A stretch of DNA of 64,000 nt from Cyanobacteria bacterium OH_SFB_17 (GCA_023395735.1 JAEWYI010000026.1:1403-65402), one strand, 5' to 3'. Shown: positions 1 through 9,423, numbered from the stretch's first letter. A program made the numbers and translations. The notes: a model not told the origin generated them from the sequence alone.

Positions 1-1
1 G

Positions 2-331
2 TTAACATTTGAGCAAATTGAAGAAAAATATCCTCAAATGCTTGAGCAAATGCACGAAAATCCTTGTTCATACAGCCCTGAAAACGGAGAAGCAGTTGGA
101 GATTTTGACAAGCGAGTTGATACTGTCATAAAAAAAATCGTAGAAGAAAATATTGGTAATAGAGTAATTATTGTTACTCATCCAGATGTCATCCAAGCTG
201 CAATAAGCAGTGCGATTATGCTATCTCCAAGGCATCAGGCGAAAGTTTATATAAGAACAGGTAGCGCAACACAAATAAGTTATTTTGAACCTTGGGCAAG
301 TTTAATGTATTCCGGTTATATCCCGCTTTAA
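2..331 (+). CDS. histidine phosphatase (phosphoglycerate mutase-like) family protein, C-terminal part; 5' end lies outside the window
   Basis: The frame is open from base 2 (LTFEQIEEKYPQMLEQ...). The RVIIVTHPDVIQAAIS segment resembles the second catalytic-His region of histidine phosphatases. Confidence 0.5.
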   Translation, partial: LTFEQIEEKYPQMLEQMHENPCSYSPENGEAVGDFDKRVDTVIKKIVEENIGNRVIIVTHPDVIQAAISSAIMLSPRHQAKVYIRTGSATQISYFEPWASLMYSGYIPL

Positions 332-388
332 ATTTAATTTAATAAACTAAATTTTTTAGGCTTGCTATAAAATAAATCATGTTGTGAG

Positions 389-595
389 TTAGAAAAAGTC
401 CCTGATATCAATTTTTAGTGCAGTTGCTAGTTTTGTAAGTAATTTAATCGATGGAATTTTTTGTCCGTTTTCAATCATTCCAATATAAGATTTTGCGCAA
501 TCTGCTTCAAGCGATAACTCACCTTGAGACATATTGTTTTTTAATCTTATTTCTTTAAGTTTTATTGCGATATTTTTGCATATTCTTTGGTACAT
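389..595 (-). CDS. XRE-family helix-turn-helix transcriptional regulator
   Basis: IKLKEIRLKNNMSQGELSLEADCAKSYIGMIENGQKIPSIKLLTKLATALKI is a classic Cro/C1 HTH. I chose the internal ATG (MYQRICKN), because the longer ORF-track N-terminus looks non-coding. Confidence 0.7.
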   Translation of the reverse strand: MYQRICKNIAIKLKEIRLKNNMSQGELSLEADCAKSYIGMIENGQKIPSIKLLTKLATALKIDIRDFF

Positions 596-678
596 TTCTT
601 TATTTGGGTATAAGATATTTATATTGTCGTCCACAAATAGTGGATAGCAAGATAAATAAACTTTGGAGAAATCAAATT

Positions 679-1365
679 GTGAGTACAAAAGTATGTAAAA
701 ATTTATTAGCATTCACATTGGCTGAAATATTGATTGTAATAGGAATAATTGGCATAATTGCGGAGCTAACTTTACCCCCATTAGTTACAAATATTCAAGA
801 ACAGGTGTTAAAAACTTCTTTTAAAAAGGCTTATTCTGTAGCTTCTCAGTCTTGGTCGCAAGTTGTTGCTGAAAACCCTGAAACTTATATTGCAAAAGGC
901 GGATCTGATTGCACGTGGCCAGATGGTATTACAGCAGATTACAATTCTCCAGATGGAAGAACTGATGCTTTTAAATCTAAACAAAAGGTTATAAAAACAT
1001 GTCAAAATGAATCAGGATGTTGGTCACAAAATTGGGAAAGTTATTTAGATTTATTTGGAATGTCATCGTATCTTCCAAGTCGTTATAGTTGGGTTACAGC
1101 GGATGGAATGTGTTGGTCAAATCCTTGGGTTGGCCTTGATGAAACTCATATTCTAGTTGATACAAATTGTAATAAAAAACCAAATAAAATTGGGCAGGAT
1201 ATGTTTTCAATGTTGCTTGGTAAGGATGGAGTTGTTTATTTTTATATTGATGATACCTCTACATATGGAAAACCTGTCTCTAGCGGGTATGTTTCCCCTC
1301 AATTAGATGATCCGGCTGTTATTAATGGACGAAGTGTGAGTTTCAAAAATTGGTTACAAAATTAA
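679..1365 (+). CDS. prepilin-type N-terminal cleavage/methylation domain protein (type IV pilin / pseudopilin-like)
   Basis: The N-terminus is VSTKVCKNLLA-FTLAEILIVIGIIGIIAELTLPPL, i.e. a pilin leader plus a hydrophobic helix with Glu at +5. A GTG at 679 is in frame. The upstream part of the 565 ORF overlaps the divergent HTH gene. Confidence 0.7.
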   Translation: MSTKVCKNLLAFTLAEILIVIGIIGIIAELTLPPLVTNIQEQVLKTSFKKAYSVASQSWSQVVAENPETYIAKGGSDCTWPDGITADYNSPDGRTDAFKSKQKVIKTCQNESGCWSQNWESYLDLFGMSSYLPSRYSWVTADGMCWSNPWVGLDETHILVDTNCNKKPNKIGQDMFSMLLGKDGVVYFYIDDTSTYGKPVSSGYVSPQLDDPAVINGRSVSFKNWLQN

Positions 1366-1389
1366 ATAAATTTTGTATTTTGAATTTAT

Positions 1390-2202
1390 TTAAATAATCA
1401 TTTTGTAAATTTCGTTTTTGTTAAGTCCGTACAAGTCTGCCAAAATTGTAGAGATGTCTTTTGCGCCGAAGTTGCGCTTTTTAAGTTTGTTAATTTTTTC
1501 AAGAATTTCTGTTTGCGCAACTTCGGCACTTTCTTGTTTATATATCATTGCAACAATTTCACCTTTTAAGGTGTTATTTTTAAAATATTCAATAACGTTT
1601 TCAACGTTTTCGATTACAACTTCTTCAAATATTTTTGTAAGTTCTCTGCCAACTGCAATTTTTGATTCTGGATTGAATTTTTTGATGTAATCAAGTGTTT
1701 TTAATAATCTGTTTGGAGATTCGTAAAAAACAAGATTGGTGTGGGCAAATTTTTGCAGTAAGGCAAAAATTTGCCCTTCTGTTTTCGGTAAAAACCCTGT
1801 AAAAGAAAAATCTTCGCCGTTTCGAGGTACTTGAGCAAGAAATGTTGTCAGCGCGCTCGCGCCAGCGAGCGCACTGATATTAATATTATTTTTTCTTAAT
1901 TCCTCGATTAAAACAGAACCCGGATCGCAAATCATAGGCATGCCTGCATCAGAGACAAGCGCAATTTTTTTGCCTTCGCTTAGCAAGTTTAAAAACATGT
2001 TCACTCTTTCGCGCTCGTTAAATTTATGATAAGAAATGAGTTTTGTTTTTATCTCAAAATGATTTAGTAATTTTTGAGTGTTTCTGGAATCTTCGCAAGC
2101 GATTATATCAACATTTTTAAGCACTTCGACTGCTCTAAATGTCATATCGCCCAGATTTCCAATCGGAGTTGGAACTATGTAAAATTGAATATTCTTTGTC
2201 AT
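1390..2202 (-). CDS. rsmI: 16S rRNA (cytidine1402-2'-O)-methyltransferase
   Basis: YIVPTPIGNLGDMTFRAVEVLKNVDIIACEDSRNTQKLL is the tetrapyrrole-methylase-fold RsmI signature. Length is 270 aa. Confidence 0.9.
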   Translation of the reverse strand: MTKNIQFYIVPTPIGNLGDMTFRAVEVLKNVDIIACEDSRNTQKLLNHFEIKTKLISYHKFNERERVNMFLNLLSEGKKIALVSDAGMPMICDPGSVLIEELRKNNINISALAGASALTTFLAQVPRNGEDFSFTGFLPKTEGQIFALLQKFAHTNLVFYESPNRLLKTLDYIKKFNPESKIAVGRELTKIFEEVVIENVENVIEYFKNNTLKGEIVAMIYKQESAEVAQTEILEKINKLKKRNFGAKDISTILADLYGLNKNEIYKMII

Positions 2203-2327
2203 AAGTTAAATGTATCAAAAAGTAATTGAATTGTAAACTTTTATTACTTACAAGCTCAAAATATCGCAATAAATTTTTATTTTGTATCTTTTTATATACG
2301 GTAGGTTTAAAAAGGATAGGTGTAATA

Positions 2328-3041
2328 ATGATTAATATTTCAAAAATCGGAACTATTATAGGGAAATTAGCAGGTGTATCAAAAAGTGCTTTAAAAGCAG
2401 AAAATAAATTGTTGAAAAATGAGCTTGGTCTGGTAAGAGAGGAGTTAGCTACAGCTACAACTCAATTAGGAAAGGCTAAGAGTGTTATTTCTGAAGCTGA
2501 AGCTTTAAAAGCAAGAACTTTTGCTTCTATTTCGACAGGCAAAGAACAATATAGCATTTTTTCAAATAATATTAAAAAAATTGCCCAAGGCGAAGCCCAA
2601 GTAAAAAGTTCACTTGAGAGAGTTGCAACAAATCAGGCAATTCCTGAAGATTATCAAGTCATAAATGAATATTCAAAATCATTAAAAAGCCATTATCATA
2701 AATTGTCAAAAAATCCTCAATTTTTTGAGCGAGCAGATGAACTTCTTCAAACAGAGTTGAAAGCCACTGACAAAGATATGTTTAGTCCGGATTTTGCAGA
2801 ATGCTATATTAAAAAGGTAAAATACAATTCAGATCCATATGCGATTTCGGTTGATTCTAAAAAGTATCAAAGTGAGCTCGAAACTGCTAAGAAATCTTTA
2901 CGTTCAGTCTATAATAGACAAAGTATAAGTAATGAAGTAACAAACTTTGCTTATAAACATAACTCTATGTATCCGAACACATATAGTTTACGCAATGCGG
3001 TAGTGAGCAAGAATGTTAAGACATACGTTCCTCAGCAATAA
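2328..3041 (+). CDS. hypothetical protein (coiled-coil N-terminus)
   Basis: The ORF has an internal ATG preceded by aaaaggatagg (MINISKIGTIIGKLAG...). I recognise no family. Confidence 0.5.
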   Translation: MINISKIGTIIGKLAGVSKSALKAENKLLKNELGLVREELATATTQLGKAKSVISEAEALKARTFASISTGKEQYSIFSNNIKKIAQGEAQVKSSLERVATNQAIPEDYQVINEYSKSLKSHYHKLSKNPQFFERADELLQTELKATDKDMFSPDFAECYIKKVKYNSDPYAISVDSKKYQSELETAKKSLRSVYNRQSISNEVTNFAYKHNSMYPNTYSLRNAVVSKNVKTYVPQQ

Positions 3042-3090
3042 TTCCAATTTCTTGTAATTGAGTGACTAATTCTTCTTGTTTGATTTTCCC

Positions 3091-3119
3091 TTGATAATAT
3101 TTTATGTTTAAACTAACAT
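3091..3119 (+). promoter_or_regulatory. putative sigma70-type promoter TTGATA-17-TAACAT upstream of tpiA
   Basis: Hexamers read directly from the sequence with a 17-nt spacer, about 35 nt upstream of the tpiA ATG. Confidence 0.3.
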
Positions 3120-3154
3120 TATCGAGTGAATAAAACACTAGAAGGAGAAATAAA

Positions 3155-3946
3155 ATGTCAAGAAAACCAATTATTGCCGGAAACTGGAAAATGAATTTGC
3201 TTCAAAGCGAAGCTAAAGAATTATTTTGCGGAATAAAAGAATTTGTGAAACAATATTCAGCTGATCAATTGCCTACAATTGTTGTTGCACCTACCTTTAC
3301 ATCAATTGCAGCTGTAGAGTCACAAAGATGCGATTGTGGATGCAGAGATAAAATATTTACATCTTCTCAAAACTGCCACTGGGAAAAATCAGGCGCTTAT
3401 ACAGGAGAAATTTCTGTAGAAATGGCGAAAGATGCAGGATGTGAATATGTTATAATCGGCCACTCAGAAAGAAGACAATATTTTTCAGAAACTGATGAAA
3501 TGATTAATAAAAAAGCAAAAGCTATTTTGGCAGGCGGACTAATTCCGATTATTTGCTGTGGTGAATCTTTAGAACAAAGAGAAGCTGGCGTTACAGATTC
3601 TCATATTGCAAGCCAAATCAAGGCTGCTCTTGAAGGATTATCAGAAGATGAAATTTCAAAATCAGCAATTGCTTATGAACCAATCTGGGCAATTGGAACA
3701 GGCAAAACTTGTGATTCTGATGAAGCAAACAGAGTAATCGCGATGATCAGAAATGTTGTTAAAGAAGTTTCAACTGCAGCTGCAGGAGATGCTATCAGAA
3801 TTTTGTACGGTGGAAGCGTAAACCCTGGTTCAATCGAAGAACAAATGTCAAAATCTGACATTGATGGTGCTTTAATCGGTGGCGCTAGCTTGAAAGTTGA
3901 CAGCTTCAATGAAATTATTGAAAAAACAATGAAAGTTGCTGTTTAA
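3155..3946 (+). CDS. tpiA: triosephosphate isomerase
   Basis: Motifs IAGNWKMN, AYTGEIS, IIGHSERR, AYEPIWAIGTG and YGGSV are present. The RBS is aggaga. Confidence 0.95.
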   Translation: MSRKPIIAGNWKMNLLQSEAKELFCGIKEFVKQYSADQLPTIVVAPTFTSIAAVESQRCDCGCRDKIFTSSQNCHWEKSGAYTGEISVEMAKDAGCEYVIIGHSERRQYFSETDEMINKKAKAILAGGLIPIICCGESLEQREAGVTDSHIASQIKAALEGLSEDEISKSAIAYEPIWAIGTGKTCDSDEANRVIAMIRNVVKEVSTAAAGDAIRILYGGSVNPGSIEEQMSKSDIDGALIGGASLKVDSFNEIIEKTMKVAV

Positions 3947-3956
3947 TTAATATATG

Positions 3957-3990
3957 AAAAAGGCGCGAAGCATCGCTTCGCGCCTTTTTA
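3957..3990 (+). terminator. rho-independent terminator after tpiA
   Basis: Stem GGCGCGAAGC / GCTTCGCGCC (3962-3971 / 3975-3984), 3-nt loop, followed by TTTTTA. Confidence 0.8.
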
Positions 3991-4095
3991 TTTGCATGGA
4001 ATTTTATCACAATTTGTAAAAATCTTGATTTTGATATTAATTTAAAGTAAACTATTTAAGCAGTTAAAATATATTAATCAAGGAGGATAATAACT

Positions 4096-4347
4096 ATGGC
4101 GACTCAATTTAGCGGAGCTCCGCAAGTTAAAACAAGAACAGCGTTACTAATTTTTATCAAAGGTTCATCAGCGCCGATAGTTTTGTATGTCGAAAATCCA
4201 AAAGCAGTATATGATGAGCTTCAACAACTATTGAAAACTCAAGCCCCAACCTTGATTGAAAAAGAAGGCGTTGGTCCGATTAAAAAAGTTACTTTTAATA
4301 TGAACCAAGTTTCGGCTGTAGCGCTTCAAGATGAGCAGTACGTGTAG
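4096..4347 (+). CDS. hypothetical small protein
   Basis: An aaggagg RBS lies 8 nt upstream and the 83-aa sequence looks globular. It sits directly upstream of yceD-rpmF. A faint resemblance to DUF3107-type small proteins is unverified. Confidence 0.6.
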   Translation: MATQFSGAPQVKTRTALLIFIKGSSAPIVLYVENPKAVYDELQQLLKTQAPTLIEKEGVGPIKKVTFNMNQVSAVALQDEQYV

Positions 4348-4361
4348 ATTAGAGAGATAAA

Positions 4362-4877
4362 ATGTCGATAGAAAGATTAATTGTAAAGATAGATGATATC
4401 GAAAACTCAAACGGAAAAACATTAAATATTGATTTTGAAAATTATTTAGAGGGAATTGAATCAAAAGAACCATTTTATGCGGAATTGGTTGCGATATCTA
4501 TGGGCGATTTTATAAAATTGTCAGGTCATATTCAAGGGGTTGTTACTCTGAAATGTGACTTGTGCTTGAGTGATTTTGATTATGAAATCGATATTGATAT
4601 AGATGAAATGTTTGCAAAAAAAGCATTGATTGATGAATATGGAGCAGAAATCGAGCTAAAGGACGGTCAATTTGTTACAGATCTTAACGGGGCAAAAGAG
4701 ATGGATATTTCCGATATTTTGTATCAATCTGTAATATTAGATTTCCCAAATAAAAAAGTTTGTGGTATAAATTGTAAAGGTGGGGATATTTTCATTCGTG
4801 ATGAAAATGAACCAAAAGAAGAAATTGACCCAAGATTGTCGATTTTTAAAGATATAAAAATTAAGAAAAATAGTTAA
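4362..4877 (+). CDS. yceD: YceD/DUF177 family protein (23S rRNA accumulation protein)
   Basis: Cys pairs CDLCL ... CGINCKG are present, and it occupies the conserved position immediately upstream of rpmF-plsX. Confidence 0.8.
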   Translation: MSIERLIVKIDDIENSNGKTLNIDFENYLEGIESKEPFYAELVAISMGDFIKLSGHIQGVVTLKCDLCLSDFDYEIDIDIDEMFAKKALIDEYGAEIELKDGQFVTDLNGAKEMDISDILYQSVILDFPNKKVCGINCKGGDIFIRDENEPKEEIDPRLSIFKDIKIKKNS

Positions 4878-4938
4878 GTAGTCATTTAGTTTTAAACTAG
4901 AAAGAAATATAAATAAATAGATAAGGAGCGAAAATCAA

Positions 4939-5274
4939 ATGGCAGTACCTAAGAAAAGAACAGGACATTCAGCACAAGGACACAGACGTTCTAACTGGAA
5001 AGCAACAAAACCTGAAACAACAAAATGTTTAAATTGCGGAGAGTTAGTTTTGACTCACACAGTTTGCACAGCTTGTGGTTATTATAAAGGCAAAGCAGTA
5101 AGCATTAAATCAGCGGATTACGTTGAAACAACTGTTGAAGCGCCTAAAAAAGAAGCTAAAAAAACAACAAAACCTAAAGTAAAAAAAGCTGAAAAAGTTG
5201 AAGAAGCTAAAGTTGAAGAAGCAGTTGTAGAAACTGTTGAAGAATCAAAAGAAGAAACAACAAGCGAAGAATAG
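4939..5274 (+). CDS. rpmF: 50S ribosomal protein L32 with a Lys/Glu-rich C-terminal extension
   Basis: MAVPKKRTGHSAQGHRRSNWK ... CLNCGELVLTHTVCTACGYYKGK is the L32 zinc-ribbon core. About 50 extra KE-rich residues follow. Confidence 0.9.
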   Translation: MAVPKKRTGHSAQGHRRSNWKATKPETTKCLNCGELVLTHTVCTACGYYKGKAVSIKSADYVETTVEAPKKEAKKTTKPKVKKAEKVEEAKVEEAVVETVEESKEETTSEE

Positions 5275-5373
5275 AAAAAAGTTATATGGTGATAAAGTTG
5301 TGAAATTTAAATTTAAATTTTTTCAATTTTATCACCTTATATGTTTATAGATTAATAAACTAAAGAGGATAGA

Positions 5374-6444
5374 ATGACAAGAATAGCAATAGATGCAATG
5401 GGCGGAGACCATGCTCCACGCGAAATAGTTGCCGGTGCTGTTTGGGCTGCGGCTGATTATGGTGTTGCAATTGAATTGGTTGGAAAACAAGACAGAATAG
5501 AATATGAGTTGGCGCGTATCTCACGAGAAGGATTTATTTCCACTGCCGGTGGCTTTAAAGACCAAAAAATTAAAATAGATACGTCCAAATTAGATATAAA
5601 AATTACTCCCGCGACAGAAGTAATTGAGATGGGCGAAGCTCCAGGACAAGCGATTAGAAAGAAAAAGAAATCTTCAATAGTTCTTGCAGTTGATGCAGTT
5701 GCAACTGGAAGTTCTGATGCGATTGTGGCTGCTGGTTCGACTGGTGCTGCTATGGCTTCAAGTTTGTTTGGATTGGGTAGAATCCCAGGAATTGACAGAC
5801 CTGCTATTGCGGTTACTTTACCGACGATGAAAGAACCCGTTGTTATTATTGACGGTGGAGCAAACAGCAGTTGTACTCCTGAGATGTTATTTCAGTTTGC
5901 GGTTATGGGGACAACTTTTTCAAAAAACGTTTTAGGAATTGAAAAACCAAGAGTTGGAGTTTTGAATATAGGTGAAGAGGCTGGTAAAGGTAATGAGCTT
6001 GCTCAAATGACTTACAAGCTTTTAGAAGATAATCAAGATAAGCTTCATTTTGTTGGAAACATTGAAGGTAGAGAAATTTTCTCAGGTACTTGTGATGTTA
6101 TTGTTTGTGACGGCTTCGTTGGAAACGTTGCTTTGAAAATAACAGAAGGTACTTCCGGCATGCTTTTTAGAATGTTAAAACAAGAATTCAAAACGGATCC
6201 TTTGGCGAAGATCGCTGGATTAATCGCAAAACCTTTTATGAAAAGAATTTATAGAAAAATTAATTACGAAGAATTTGGCGGAGCACTTTTGCTTGGTGTT
6301 AAAGGAATTACCGTAATTTCTCACGGAAGTTCTAAAGCTTATGCGATTAAAAATGCAGTTAGGGTGGCAAAAGAAGCTGTAGAGACAAGTGTAAACAAAA
6401 AGATTGCTGATTTCATGGATGGAAACAGCGAAACTTCAAATTAA
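5374..6444 (+). CDS. plsX: phosphate acyltransferase PlsX
   Basis: MTRIAIDAMGGDHAP... and GNIEGREI ... CDGFVGNVALK are present, and it sits between rpmF and fabH. Confidence 0.95.
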   Translation: MTRIAIDAMGGDHAPREIVAGAVWAAADYGVAIELVGKQDRIEYELARISREGFISTAGGFKDQKIKIDTSKLDIKITPATEVIEMGEAPGQAIRKKKKSSIVLAVDAVATGSSDAIVAAGSTGAAMASSLFGLGRIPGIDRPAIAVTLPTMKEPVVIIDGGANSSCTPEMLFQFAVMGTTFSKNVLGIEKPRVGVLNIGEEAGKGNELAQMTYKLLEDNQDKLHFVGNIEGREIFSGTCDVIVCDGFVGNVALKITEGTSGMLFRMLKQEFKTDPLAKIAGLIAKPFMKRIYRKINYEEFGGALLLGVKGITVISHGSSKAYAIKNAVRVAKEAVETSVNKKIADFMDGNSETSN

Positions 6445-6536
6445 TTTGTTATAATTTGATAAAGAGTATAAAATATGGTTAGAATAGTTCGAGTGAAATT
6501 CACTCTTTAATTATTCAGATTTGGTGGAGAAGAACA

Positions 6537-7547
6537 ATGGTTAATAATTTGATTCCTTTAAAAATAGCAGGTGTAGGGTACAGTGTACCTGATACCGTTG
6601 TTACAAACGAAGATTTAACAAAACTGTATGACACATCTGACGAATGGATTTATACAAGAACCGGAATAAAAGAAAGACATTTGGTTTCGGGCGAACAAAA
6701 TGCTGTTGATTTAGGTGAACAGGCGGCGAAAAATGCGTTGGAAAAAGCTAAGATTTCAGCAGAAGACATTGATTTGATTATTGCTGCGTCTTCAGCCCCT
6801 CCTGATTTGTATCCTTCTATTGCGTGCCGAATTCAAGCAAGAATAGGTGCAAAAAAGACTATTCCTGCGTTTGATGTTACCGCAGCATGTTCAGGCTTGA
6901 TTTATACATTAGATATAGCGCAAGCTTATATTGCATCAGGAAAATATAAAAACATTTTGCTTGTTGCAACTGATAATAATTCAAGATTATGTGACTGGTC
7001 AGACAGAAGCGTTTCGATTTTGTTCGGTGACGGTGCAGGAGCTATGGTCGTTACTCAAGCAGAAGACGGCGTAAACGATGTATTGGCAATAAGTATCAAT
7101 GCAGACGGTTCTATTGGTGAGTATTTAACTCTTCCTTTGGTCGGACAAAATTGTCCTTTGGTTGAGCCTTGTAGCCAAAAACCGGCTTATATCAAAATGA
7201 ACGGAAAAGAAGTTTACAAATTCGCGGTTAGAATTGTTCCAGAGTATATTGAAAGATGTTTGGAAATGGCAGGAATGAAACCTGAAGATGTAGATTATTT
7301 GATTCCACACCAGGCAAACCAAAGAATTATTGATGCTATTCAACAAAGACTTGGTTATGATGATAGCAAGGTTGTTTCAAATATTCAAAATTACGGAAAC
7401 ACTTCTGCTGCTTCTGTGCCTATCGCTTTGGCAGAGAGCGTTGAAAGCGGAAAGGTTAAACTTCCTTCTACAGCTATTCTTTGCGGCTTCGGGGCAGGCA
7501 TGACTTGGGGTGTTGCAATTGTTAGACTTAGAGAAGGTATTTGTTAG
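6537..7547 (+). CDS. fabH: 3-oxoacyl-ACP synthase III
   Basis: TSDEWIYTRTGIKERH, the active-site region AACSG, HQANQRII and GFGAGMTWG are present. Confidence 0.95.
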   Translation: MVNNLIPLKIAGVGYSVPDTVVTNEDLTKLYDTSDEWIYTRTGIKERHLVSGEQNAVDLGEQAAKNALEKAKISAEDIDLIIAASSAPPDLYPSIACRIQARIGAKKTIPAFDVTAACSGLIYTLDIAQAYIASGKYKNILLVATDNNSRLCDWSDRSVSILFGDGAGAMVVTQAEDGVNDVLAISINADGSIGEYLTLPLVGQNCPLVEPCSQKPAYIKMNGKEVYKFAVRIVPEYIERCLEMAGMKPEDVDYLIPHQANQRIIDAIQQRLGYDDSKVVSNIQNYGNTSAASVPIALAESVESGKVKLPSTAILCGFGAGMTWGVAIVRLREGIC

Positions 7548-7568
7548 TAAAAGTAAAATGAGGGCATT

Positions 7569-8498
7569 ATGGGCAAATTAGCATTTATGTTCCCTGGACA
7601 AGGTTCACAGTCTGTCGGAATGGGAAAAGATTTATACGATAATTTTGAAGAAGCAAAATCTGTTTTTGACAAGGCGGATGAGGTTTTGGGCAGAAGTATT
7701 TCGAAAATTTGTTTTGAAGGCCCTGATGAAGATTTGAAACAAACAATAAATACTCAGCCAGCAATTCTTATGACTTCAATTGCTGCATTAGAGGCTTTAA
7801 AATCTAAATTAAATGTTGAGCCTTCTTTTGTTGCTGGTCATAGCTTGGGTGAGTATGGCGCACTTTATACATCGGGTGTTCTTTCTCTTGAAGATACAAT
7901 CAAATTGATTTCAAAAAGAGCAGAGTTGATGGCAAAATCTAAAGGCGGCGCAATGGCGGCTGTATTGGGACTTGCAGATGATAAGGTTCAAGATGCTTTA
8001 AAACAAGTTAAGTCAGGGTATGTTGATGTTGCAAATTATAATTGCCCTGGACAGGTTGTTATTACAGGGGAAGAAGATGCTATCAAAGAAGCAGGCGAAA
8101 TATTGAGTGCTTCTGGTGCTAAAAGAGTTCTTCCGCTTGCTGTTTCAGGAGCCTTTCATTCTCAAAAAATGAAGGATGCTGCAGACGAGTTTGAAAAATT
8201 TGTTTCAGGTGTTGAGTTAAATGATGCCAAAATTTCGGTTGTAACCAATGTTGATGCAGAGATTACCACAGGAGCAGATGCTTTTAAGTCAAAAATGCCA
8301 AAACAAATTTATTCATCGGTTTATTGGACACAAAGCGTTCAAAAGATGATTGAAAACGGTGTTGATACTTTTGTTGAAATCGGACCTGGTAAGGTTCTTG
8401 CAGGCCTTGTTAAAAAGATTAATCCTGAAGTGAAAATTTATAATGTTTTTGATAAAGCTACATTAGAAGCTTGCGCTGAAGAGTTGGTTAAAAATTAA
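7569..8498 (+). CDS. fabD: malonyl CoA-ACP transacylase
   Basis: FMFPGQGSQ, GHSLGEY and AFHS motifs are present. Confidence 0.95.
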   Translation: MGKLAFMFPGQGSQSVGMGKDLYDNFEEAKSVFDKADEVLGRSISKICFEGPDEDLKQTINTQPAILMTSIAALEALKSKLNVEPSFVAGHSLGEYGALYTSGVLSLEDTIKLISKRAELMAKSKGGAMAAVLGLADDKVQDALKQVKSGYVDVANYNCPGQVVITGEEDAIKEAGEILSASGAKRVLPLAVSGAFHSQKMKDAADEFEKFVSGVELNDAKISVVTNVDAEITTGADAFKSKMPKQIYSSVYWTQSVQKMIENGVDTFVEIGPGKVLAGLVKKINPEVKIYNVFDKATLEACAEELVKN

Positions 8499-8590
8499 TT
8501 AAATTAACTGTGTAAATGTAGGCACAGATTGTTGTTAACTTATGAGATGCCGAAAATAATTCGACATGACCTAAAAAAAAGGAGTAAAAA

Positions 8591-9319
8591 ATGACAGATA
8601 AAAAAGTTGCACTGGTAACAGGCGGTTCAAGAGGCATAGGTAAAGCTTGTGCGATAGAACTTGCAAATGCAGGTTATGACATTGCTATTAATTATGTTGG
8701 AAATGAAGATGCTGCAAATTCAACAGTTGAAGAAATTAAAGCTGTTGGAGTAAATGCTATTGCTTTCAAATTTGATGTTACGGATAAAGAAGCCGTTGAA
8801 GCAGGAGTTTCTGCAGTAATGGAAAAATTTGGAAAAATCGATGTTTTGGTAAACAACGCAGGAATTACAAGAGACGGTCTTTTTATGAGAATGTCTGCTG
8901 AAAACTGGGAAGCTGTTATCAATACAAATTTAAACAGTGCATATTATGTTTCAAATCCTGTTGTTAAAATTATGATGAAACAACGTTCTGGTGCAATTAT
9001 CAATATGGCAAGTATTTCAGGCGTTTTTGGTAATGCGGGACAAGCAAATTACTCTGCGGCAAAAGCAGGTTTAATCGGTTTGACAAAATCTTTGGCAAAA
9101 GAATTGGGTTCTAGAAACATTAGAGTTAATGCTGTTGCTCCTGGCTTTATTAAAACAGATATGACAAAAGATCTTAATCTTCAAGGTATTGAAGAACATA
9201 TTCCGTTAAAAAGATTGGGCGAGCCTGCTGACATTGCAAAAACTGTTAAGTTTTTGGCAGAAGATGCAACATATATTACAGGTCAAGTAATCCAAGTTGA
9301 CGGTGGTTTGGTTATATAA
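8591..9319 (+). CDS. fabG: 3-oxoacyl-ACP reductase
   Basis: SDR motifs TGGSRGIG, NNAG and YSAAK are present, within the fab cluster. Confidence 0.95.
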   Translation: MTDKKVALVTGGSRGIGKACAIELANAGYDIAINYVGNEDAANSTVEEIKAVGVNAIAFKFDVTDKEAVEAGVSAVMEKFGKIDVLVNNAGITRDGLFMRMSAENWEAVINTNLNSAYYVSNPVVKIMMKQRSGAIINMASISGVFGNAGQANYSAAKAGLIGLTKSLAKELGSRNIRVNAVAPGFIKTDMTKDLNLQGIEEHIPLKRLGEPADIAKTVKFLAEDATYITGQVIQVDGGLVI

Positions 9320-9350
9320 TTTAATGATTTTTAACAATTATGTTAATTTC

Positions 9351-9378
9351 TTGCAAAAAAATCTTTAAATAGTATAAT
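9351..9378 (+). promoter_or_regulatory. putative promoter TTGCAA-16-TATAAT upstream of acpP
   Basis: Near-consensus hexamers read directly from the sequence, about 45 nt upstream of the acpP ATG. Confidence 0.4.
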
Positions 9379-9423
9379 TCTTATTGGATAGTTAGATATT
9401 TACAAAGAAAAAAGGAAAAAAAA

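Noticed and set aside
808-1005. A 65-aa minus-strand ORF inside the pilin-like gene. Similar antisense or alternative-frame ORFs lie within well-supported genes at 1418-1690, 3673-3909, 7125-7346, 8692-8922, 9877-10224, 10508-10780, 15960-16373, 17674-17865, 37680-37910, 45527-46016, 47718-48168, 50068-51089, 55602-55995, 57961-58239 and 60201-60863.
   Set aside because: These are shadow ORFs opposite or overlapping genes with strong family signatures. They have odd composition and no RBS.
3290-3400. An unusual CDCGC cysteine cluster (ESQRCDCGCRDK) in triosephosphate isomerase.
   Set aside because: It is a short loop variation in an otherwise canonical TpiA. There is not enough to suggest a special function without comparative data.
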